Virus record (IMG/VR): IMGVR_UViG_3300001598_000045
Coordinates: 64,001 to 76,554 of that record
From: a virus
Taxonomy: Duplodnaviria > Heunggongvirae > Uroviricota > Caudoviricetes
Reading direction: 5' to 3' (one strand)
DNA: 12,554 bases
Part shown: positions 6,992 to 12,554 of the stretch, piece after piece
Layout: each line of letters opens with the position of its first letter
Position numbering within the stretch: position 1 is the stretch's first letter
Program-made: the position numbers and the translations under genes
Notes under the pieces: model-generated
Told to the model about the DNA's origin: nothing
Databases searched by the model: none
Seen by the model: the letters and a program-made list of their open reading frames with translations, nothing else

Positions 6992-7266
6992 TTACTTACA
7001 CCTTCCCCGTAATTTAATAATTCTTGGATCTTTTCTATTAACTGATAACCACATACCTAAATACCTTTTTTCAGGATCTTTAGAGGATTAAGAATGTAAT
7101 TAGTTGGTGCTGCAAATAACACCTTTCTAAACTGGTTAGCTACATTCAAACTAACCCAAGTCTTTCCAGTACCAGTAGGCATAACTATACACCCACGCAT
7201 ACTTCCTTTTGCAATATCAGATAAAACTGCATTAATTGCATCTTTTTGATAACTAAATAATTTCAT
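6992..7266 (-). pseudogene. superfamily 2 helicase remnant (N-terminus joined out of frame to a probable C-terminal fragment)
   Basis: LFSYQKDAI (Q motif), MPTGTGKT (Walker A) and VLFAAPT (motif Ia) are present, but the ORF stops at 69 aa. A different frame from 7087 to 6992 reads SSKDPEKRYLGMWLSVNRKDPRIIKLRGRCK*, resembling a helicase-associated (HA) repeat. Confidence 0.7.
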
Positions 7267-7311
7267 ATTCTTTTCCTTTCTTTTTCTAATTTTCTTGTTA
7301 ATATATCGATA

Positions 7312-7344
7312 GAAAAAATAACCTAAAGAAATTAATCTTTAGGT
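7312..7344 (-). terminator. intrinsic terminator
   Basis: 9-bp stem ACCTAAAGA/TCTTTAGGT with a 6-nt loop, followed by UAUUUUUU. Confidence 0.65.
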
Positions 7345-7386
7345 CGCTTATTCAATTATAAGGCTATTAGACATTTTTAAAAGGAT

Positions 7387-7415
7387 AAAAAGAAAGGATA
7401 GATTTTACTCTATCC
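7387..7415 (-). terminator. intrinsic terminator
   Basis: 7-bp stem GGATAGA/TCTATCC with a U-rich tail, 6 nt after the stop of 7422..7598. Confidence 0.65.
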
Positions 7416-7421
7416 AATCAT

Positions 7422-7598
7422 TTACTCACAATATTCTTCATTATCTTCAGATTCAGCTATAACTTGCTCTATATCCTCATCTTTAAGATCTTGTTCCATC
7501 TTAGCACACTCAACAGCATCTTCTATTGACTCTGCTTCTACTGTTGTCTCGACTTCTTCGCCTGACATCAATTTAATTACTACATTATACTCTTTCAT
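7422..7598 (-). CDS. small highly acidic protein (58 aa)
   Basis: Manually translated MKEYNVVIKLMSGEEVETTVEAESIEDAVECAKMEQDLKDEDIEQVIAESEDNEEYCE*: 21 D/E, 4 K, no R. It has a promoter-like motif upstream and a terminator downstream. Not in the ORF track. Confidence 0.75.
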   Translation of the reverse strand: MKEYNVVIKLMSGEEVETTVEAESIEDAVECAKMEQDLKDEDIEQVIAESEDNEEYCE

Positions 7599-7641
7599 GT
7601 TCTTCTTAATTTTTCTTTATATATTAGGATTTTAACACTTC

Positions 7642-7977
7642 TCAGTCTTCTTTCTTTTGATATGGAATAAAAACATCATATTCTGTAAATTCTTCAAAAT
7701 GCTGAATTGTATCATATAATATTTCTCCAAACTTATATCTTTTATATTCAAATAGTTCTCCATTCCAAACTGCTTCACTTGCATTTCTACATATACCTAA
7801 ATAAGTTACACCAGGTTCTAAGTTTTGTTTTGATATAGCGCCTTTTTTAAGTAATTCTGGTATAACTTTATTTTTATAGAATTCCTCATCATAAAATATA
7901 GGTAATTCAATACTATTTAATGGACAATCTTTAACATAATTTAAATGCTCTCTGTCTAATTCAGGTTTACTTTTCAT
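7642..7977 (-). CDS. conserved-looking large-phage hypothetical protein
   Basis: The GAI-x-K-x2-L-x2-G-x2-Y-x-G-x-CRNA-x2-A-x-W ... Y-x-R-x-KFG ... HFE ... DVFIP pattern resembles a family seen in large phages. Function unknown. Confidence 0.7.
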   Translation of the reverse strand: MKSKPELDREHLNYVKDCPLNSIELPIFYDEEFYKNKVIPELLKKGAISKQNLEPGVTYLGICRNASEAVWNGELFEYKRYKFGEILYDTIQHFEEFTEYDVFIPYQKKED

Positions 7978-7978
7978 A

Positions 7979-8458
7979 TTAATCCCACATATTTTCTAAG
8001 TTTAACATAAATTCTGTAAAATTCCCAACTTTTATATCTTCTATTATTTCAGTCAATTTATTACGCCAACCTTCATCTGTTTTATATATAGGCGGATAAC
8101 CGCGGTGTATTTCTATAAACCGAATTAATCTAGGTATAATAAACTGTCTACACTTATCACAAATTTCTTGATTAGCAGAAATCTCATCAGCTATAATACG
8201 ATACTGACCTTCTCTTTCATCATGCATTATAGTAAGATCACATTCTATTATTTTATCTAATAATTCTTTATGACCTTTAAGATAACCATGACTAAGTACA
8301 AATTTAGAAAAAGTACAATCAAAATTCCAAAGTTCAGTATCATCAAAACCTCTCTTTCTACACTCTCTTAAAGCTGATCGATAACGCTTTGTACCTTTAT
8401 GTATATGTCCATAATTTAAATACTTTTTTGTGCTTTTATTTGGATTTATACTACTCAT
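7979..8458 (-). CDS. phage hypothetical protein
   Basis: The GFDDTELWNFD and FIIPRLIRF...GYPP motifs resemble a common phage hypothetical family. Confidence 0.7.
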   Translation of the reverse strand: MSSINPNKSTKKYLNYGHIHKGTKRYRSALRECRKRGFDDTELWNFDCTFSKFVLSHGYLKGHKELLDKIIECDLTIMHDEREGQYRIIADEISANQEICDKCRQFIIPRLIRFIEIHRGYPPIYKTDEGWRNKLTEIIEDIKVGNFTEFMLNLENMWD

Positions 8459-8871
8459 ACTTCATCTATATTTAAATTATTTGCTAACTCCGATAAACTA
8501 CATACACGAAAAGCATGTTGTAATTCATGTATATATTTTACATTAGAAAGATTTACTAAATAATCTTTTCCATCTATTAAAATACAATTAGTTAATAAAT
8601 TAAAAGATATTGTTATTAGTTTATTATCTTCTTCCTGTAACTTTTTTTCAAATAATCCACTAGACTTTTTAATAAATTCATTATTTAATAAAAAAGCTTC
8701 TGTAATAAATACTGGACTAGCTAAAACTAATTTAATATATCTAACGGAATTCGGAGTTAAGTGATAAGCTATTTTTTCTGATGTAATTTGACTTACTTTA
8801 ACAATTTTATTATCTAAGTTATAAATAATATCACCAATTGTTAAGTCTCTATTTCTCTTATTCCAATACAT
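8455..8871 (-). CDS. Bacteroidota phage-type hypothetical protein (possibly YopX-like)
   Basis: Layout is L-x-IGD at the N-terminus, PVFITEAFL in the middle and YIHELQH at the C-terminus, typical of a family common in Bacteroidota phages. Confidence 0.65.
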   Translation of the reverse strand: MYWNKRNRDLTIGDIIYNLDNKIVKVSQITSEKIAYHLTPNSVRYIKLVLASPVFITEAFLLNNEFIKKSSGLFEKKLQEEDNKLITISFNLLTNCILIDGKDYLVNLSNVKYIHELQHAFRVCSLSELANNLNIDEV

Positions 8872-8884
8872 AAATTAGATTTTA

Positions 8885-9739
8885 TTATTTATTATAATTT
8901 GGATTAGGATTTTGCTCAACTTTTTCAAATGTTCCATATTTTGCAAAATACTTATTCCAATCACAAGTTTTAACCTTAAAGATGATACGTTCACCCATAC
9001 GAGTCTTTAATCCCAATGAAGTCTTTAAAACTAATCCTTCAGCATCATAATCCTTGTTTTCTGCAATAGTTGACTTAAATCCTTTCTTAACAAATTCAAT
9101 AGCCTCATCAATGGTCATTTCACCCATATAAGGTACATGAGGAGCTCCAAGTTTATCTGCAATCTCTTCCATTGCTAAGCGATTTAGATACAGGTTATTA
9201 ACTTTTACATCAAAGACAATAAAACCAACCCCATTAGATATATAGTTTCCACCTTTTTGTATCTTCACTCCATAACCTTCACCATAAATAGTATATAATT
9301 CGGGTATTTTATTCCAATCTGGCGTAAATACTCCAGTCTTTTCATTTTTAGTACCCCATTTATGCTCTTCCCATTCTTCAATAGGAATCCGGCGTTTCAG
9401 ACCTAAAGAGCTTAATACTTTATCTAATGGAAAATTCTCCTCCATAAACTTAGCTAAATGAGCAGGTACTTGAGCATCATCAGATTTTCCTTTAACTGCC
9501 ATTTCAAAATAAACGGCATCTGGAATTTGTGAATCATTAATAAAACTTAAACCATTCCAGATTTCAATTCTAATATTAGTTCCATCAATTTTTTCAGTAG
9601 CTTCAAATTTTACATTGAACTTACGTAAAAATTCTAACTCAGGACTTACTAATTCATTGAAAGGCATAATAATATTATTTACATCTCTTTTAAAAATAGT
9701 ATCAATTTTCTGATACGTATTTATACTTCTATTTGCCAT
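8885..9739 (-). CDS. ATP-dependent RNA ligase, Rnl2-like nucleotidyltransferase
   Basis: Motif I TEKIDGTN (adenylated Lys), III IYGEGYG, IIIa FIVFDV, IV EGLVLK and V IFKVK are present in order. No OB-fold follows, which argues against a DNA ligase. Confidence 0.8.
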   Translation of the reverse strand: MANRSINTYQKIDTIFKRDVNNIIMPFNELVSPELEFLRKFNVKFEATEKIDGTNIRIEIWNGLSFINDSQIPDAVYFEMAVKGKSDDAQVPAHLAKFMEENFPLDKVLSSLGLKRRIPIEEWEEHKWGTKNEKTGVFTPDWNKIPELYTIYGEGYGVKIQKGGNYISNGVGFIVFDVKVNNLYLNRLAMEEIADKLGAPHVPYMGEMTIDEAIEFVKKGFKSTIAENKDYDAEGLVLKTSLGLKTRMGERIIFKVKTCDWNKYFAKYGTFEKVEQNPNPNYNK

Positions 9740-9756
9740 AATTATTTTTTATTATT

Positions 9757-9767
9757 TCATATATAAG
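9757..9767 (-). promoter_or_regulatory. putative phage promoter motif (copy 3) upstream of the Rnl2-like ligase
   Basis: CTTATATATGA lies 17 nt before ATG 9739, downstream of a terminator. Confidence 0.5.
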
Positions 9768-9783
9768 AGTTTTAGAAGAAAAT

Positions 9784-9809
9784 AAAAAAAGGAAAACTTA
9801 ATTTCCTTT
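9784..9809 (-). terminator. intrinsic terminator
   Basis: 8-bp stem AAAGGAAA/TTTCCTTT with a U run, overlapping the stop of the upstream gene. Confidence 0.5.
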
Positions 9810-10166
9810 CTTATTATAAATAGGTTCTTCATAAACAGTTTTCATAGGATAACCATCCTTAGCCGTTTTATAACGTGCCTCTTTATAAATTATCTTTTTT
9901 ATTGTAATTGGTCTAGTTCCTTTATATAATTGCTCAGAAAATATCCCTCCTAATGTAGATAATTTATATGTACATCTAACCCCATCAGATAAAACCTCTG
10001 GAGTTATATACACTGCAAACTTAAGATCATCTCGTTTACTAATAACTGTTCTATTATAAATACTATCAGAATCACCAATAGTAAAGTAAACAGTATACTT
10101 TTTACTATCACATGAACCTAGAAATAATATTATTCCAAGTCCTATAAATAATTTTAATTTTTTCAT
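9798..10166 (-). CDS. predicted lipoprotein (start revised to MKKLKL)
   Basis: KK + hydrophobic stretch + lipobox LGS-C. The ATG at 10166 overlaps the upstream TGA (ATGA). Confidence 0.65.
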   Translation of the reverse strand: MKKLKLFIGLGIILFLGSCDSKKYTVYFTIGDSDSIYNRTVISKRDDLKFAVYITPEVLSDGVRCTYKLSTLGGIFSEQLYKGTRPITIKKIIYKEARYKTAKDGYPMKTVYEEPIYNKKGN

Positions 10167-10357
10167 ACTGTACAATCAATTACAAGTTTATCATTTTCTT
10201 GAAGTGGCTCTACCTTACCTTGATTATTAATACTAAGGTTTCCACATATTACACACCAAACAATTCCATATCGATTTAAACGATATCTATGTTTTCCTTT
10301 ATCACAATTAAAGTGCATCATTTTTATATGATCCTCTTTTGTAATTAATCTAGCCAT
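10163..10357 (-). CDS. small hypothetical protein, possible Zn ligand set (C-x4-H ... C-x2-C)
   Basis: CDKGKH...WCVICG. Fits the operon spacing. Confidence 0.6.
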   Translation of the reverse strand: MARLITKEDHIKMMHFNCDKGKHRYRLNRYGIVWCVICGNLSINNQGKVEPLQENDKLVIDCTV

Positions 10358-10358
10358 A

Positions 10359-11471
10359 TTATCTTAAATCATTAAATATAACAAAAATACTAAGTCCTAA
10401 TGAAGCAATAATAGTAAATATATAAACTATTATCCATTGTTTAGTATTTAGCTCATGTTTTATATAATCAAAATCACTAAAATTCTTTCGTTTCCAATCA
10501 GATGGTACTTTGTCTAAAAGATACCTATTTAACTTCATAAGGTCTAATACTTCACCTTTAGAGTATAAATGATTTACACCTGTCTGTATTTTTGGCGAAT
10601 CTTCCCAACTAAATGCATTAACCCATTGAATCTTATTAGTAGTAGAATCAACAGATATACATACATTAAGCTCATTTTTATTTCCACCTACTAAGAAATC
10701 TTGTTGAAGTTTAGATACCTGGAGCGGTTTATCCTTCCATAACCAGACATAACATCTAAATTGATATTTTCCTCCATAATAGGCGTTCAAATATTTAAAA
10801 GAATCAACGACAGATCTAGGAATGGCTATATTACCAGTTATAGGATTTTGATCTCGATAAACTTTTTGATAATCTAATACTTTATCTAAATCCTCTTCCT
10901 GTACATCTGAGAAATTAAATATAGACTTACTTCTCAAAATTTTATTTGTATATGGATTTGCAAAAGTACAAGTATACATTCGATTTCTATCACCTGGAAA
11001 TTCAGCATAATACATATCACCGTCTATAGTATGATAATGTCTATGCATGTCATGAAATATTTCACTAACCCCAAATCTTTGTACAATCTGTCTATATTCC
11101 TTCTTATCTATATATATCTTCTTTCCATTATTCAGATACATATACCATCTAGGCGGGTGATTGTCTACATAAGAACAATCATATGTTTCTGAATGCGTGT
11201 TTCCATCACTATCAGTCCACGATCTAGTACAAGTCTGATGAATATACTCATTCCATCGCTCATAATATTCAACTTTCGTAGTATAAAATCCCAAATATTC
11301 CGTATCAGTTGTAACATATGCCTCTATACCGAAGAATGTTATAACTGATACAAGAATAGTAGGAATAAATACCATGAAATACTCACCAATTGTTGTCTGA
11401 GATCTAAAGAAAGGTACTACAAATAATATAATACATGTAATAACCGGAATCAGAAAAGCAATTAGTAACAT
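10359..11471 (-). CDS. membrane-anchored protein (2 N-terminal TM + 1 C-terminal TM), possibly with a TPM-like domain
   Basis: Hydrophobic segments at both ends. The CYVWLW...GGNKNELNVCISVD...IQWVNAF beta/alpha pattern is reminiscent of TPM-like domains. Adjacent to a LemA-like gene. Confidence 0.6.
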   Translation of the reverse strand: MLLIAFLIPVITCIILFVVPFFRSQTTIGEYFMVFIPTILVSVITFFGIEAYVTTDTEYLGFYTTKVEYYERWNEYIHQTCTRSWTDSDGNTHSETYDCSYVDNHPPRWYMYLNNGKKIYIDKKEYRQIVQRFGVSEIFHDMHRHYHTIDGDMYYAEFPGDRNRMYTCTFANPYTNKILRSKSIFNFSDVQEEDLDKVLDYQKVYRDQNPITGNIAIPRSVVDSFKYLNAYYGGKYQFRCYVWLWKDKPLQVSKLQQDFLVGGNKNELNVCISVDSTTNKIQWVNAFSWEDSPKIQTGVNHLYSKGEVLDLMKLNRYLLDKVPSDWKRKNFSDFDYIKHELNTKQWIIVYIFTIIASLGLSIFVIFNDLR

Positions 11472-11482
11472 GGTCGTCCTTC

Positions 11483-12016
11483 TTATTTAAAGAGCTCCAT
11501 ATCATCATCTATGCCAGTCTCCATAACTTCTTTACTATACGTAGATGAAATAACAGTATACTCTATCGATTCTTTGTTTTTAATAAACCAAGTAGCAGGA
11601 ACAGTATGAATTAGATTCTCATGTTCTCTAATTATATCTATCATACGTTCTTGATCGTGCTTAAAGGTTAATCTCTGAACTTCAATAGACTCCATCAGAT
11701 CTTTATAAAGCGATGTATCAAAATCTGGATTATTCTCAGTAATCCATTTCATAAGACTACCATCACCTTTAGAATAACGACCTGCAATAAGCTCTGGATA
11801 AATCTCAGAGAATGCATCTTTATACTCCTCTGTTACTTGAGCTTTTTGTTTGATGATTTTCCACATAGCATCAAAAGAACCTTCAACTTTAGCCCTTTGT
11901 GCCTCAGCTTGATTTCTTAACCGTATCTCAGAGTTATTATACCCGAAATACATACCAACGAAAATTAATCCTAAAACTAAAATACCAGCTAGGATCCCAA
12001 TTAATGCTTGTTTCAT
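11483..12016 (-). CDS. LemA-like protein
   Basis: N-terminal TM helix, then YNN-x3-LRN helical region. The C-terminal IEVQR...HENLIHTVPATWF resembles the LemA I-x2-aR...YN-x2-I-x-tFP-x2-l motif. Length 177 aa. Confidence 0.6.
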   Translation of the reverse strand: MKQALIGILAGILVLGLIFVGMYFGYNNSEIRLRNQAEAQRAKVEGSFDAMWKIIKQKAQVTEEYKDAFSEIYPELIAGRYSKGDGSLMKWITENNPDFDTSLYKDLMESIEVQRLTFKHDQERMIDIIREHENLIHTVPATWFIKNKESIEYTVISSTYSKEVMETGIDDDMELFK

Positions 12017-12039
12017 AATTTTTTATTTTTTTTGTTTTA

Positions 12040-12554
12040 CTATAATAAGGGTTTAGCTTGTTCTAATAATTCTCTAAAGTCATTAAGAAATTCTTTTGCC
12101 ATATCAAAAGTCGGGAAAGATAATACCCTACCATTACTAGTAGTTATTTCAAGTTTGCTGTTGTTTTTTTTACCCCACAATAACAATGTATATTTATATT
12201 CGTTATCTTCCCAATTTGGTTCCCAATCACCAATCCATTCTTGCCTTAATTGAAGCAACTGTGCCAATGCTAATGCAGCTTCAGCATATTCTTTTGTTGG
12301 ATATAAAATTTTATCACTAAGTGGATATGGATTTCGCCCAATATTAATACAATCAATATTAGAATTATCATAAATATGCCAAGCCATTCTTTTATGATTC
12401 TTCTTATAAAATTCGTCCCAACTATGACTCTTTGAATCTTTCAACTCACTTTCATTAAATGCTTGTAGTGCAACTTCTTTTAGTTCACCACCTTTTTTGT
12501 ACCACTCTTTTGCTTTATTAAGAGTAAGTTCTACATTTCTTTTTTCTTCTTTAT
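12040..12554 (-). CDS. Bacteroidales phage-type hypothetical protein (5'-partial)
   Basis: The frame is open from the window end: ...KEEKRNVELTLNKAKEWYKKGGELKEVALQAFNESEL continues in frame into the tracked 12040..12444 ORF. The TTG at 12444 is therefore not the start. Confidence 0.75.
   Translation of the reverse strand, partial: KEEKRNVELTLNKAKEWYKKGGELKEVALQAFNESELKDSKSHSWDEFYKKNHKRMAWHIYDNSNIDCINIGRNPYPLSDKILYPTKEYAEAALALAQLLQLRQEWIGDWEPNWEDNEYKYTLLLWGKKNNSKLEITTSNGRVLSFPTFDMAKEFLNDFRELLEQAKPLL

Noticed and set aside
12008-12253. Plus-strand 81-aa ORF
   Set aside because: Antisense to a recognisable phage-family gene and begins in a poly-T tract.
1-12554. Stop-codon reassignment (TAG=Gln or TGA=Trp), as in some gut Bacteroidota phages
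   Set aside because: Coding density is high under the standard code. TAG (3631, 2958, 12040) and TGA (225, 10163) fall at gene ends abutting the next start, and conserved proteins have no internal stops.
1-12554. CRISPR array, tRNA genes or transposase
   Set aside because: No regularly spaced direct repeats, cloverleaf or transposase motifs were seen by eye, and the non-coding gaps are short and explained by terminators, promoter-like motifs and the intron.

Overview
AT-rich, densely coded window with every credible gene on the minus strand. There are many short hypothetical ORFs, almost no Shine-Dalgarno motifs, and repeated terminator/promoter junctions. This looks like an accessory region of a large phage, probably Bacteroidota-infecting (inferred from protein families and A-rich translation starts; no structural genes are present to confirm it). 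The main feature is an RtcB RNA ligase gene (join 5887..5369, 4422..3631; 436 aa) split exactly inside its GGG|NHF active-site motif by a 946-nt group I intron (4423..5368). P1/IGS, P10, P2, P4, P6a, P7, P8, P9 and the terminal omega-G can all be read from the sequence. The intron carries a two-motif LAGLIDADG endonuclease looped out by a perfect 17-bp stem. The window also encodes a second, chemically different RNA ligase (Rnl2-like nucleotidyltransferase), an R2K/DUF4343-like ATP-grasp enzyme, a LemA-like + TPM-like membrane pair, a half-MFS-like membrane protein, an internally deleted helicase remnant, a tiny very acidic protein, paralogous small ORFs, and a recurrent CCTTATATATGA promoter-like motif. 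All family assignments come from motif recognition by eye, not from database searches.
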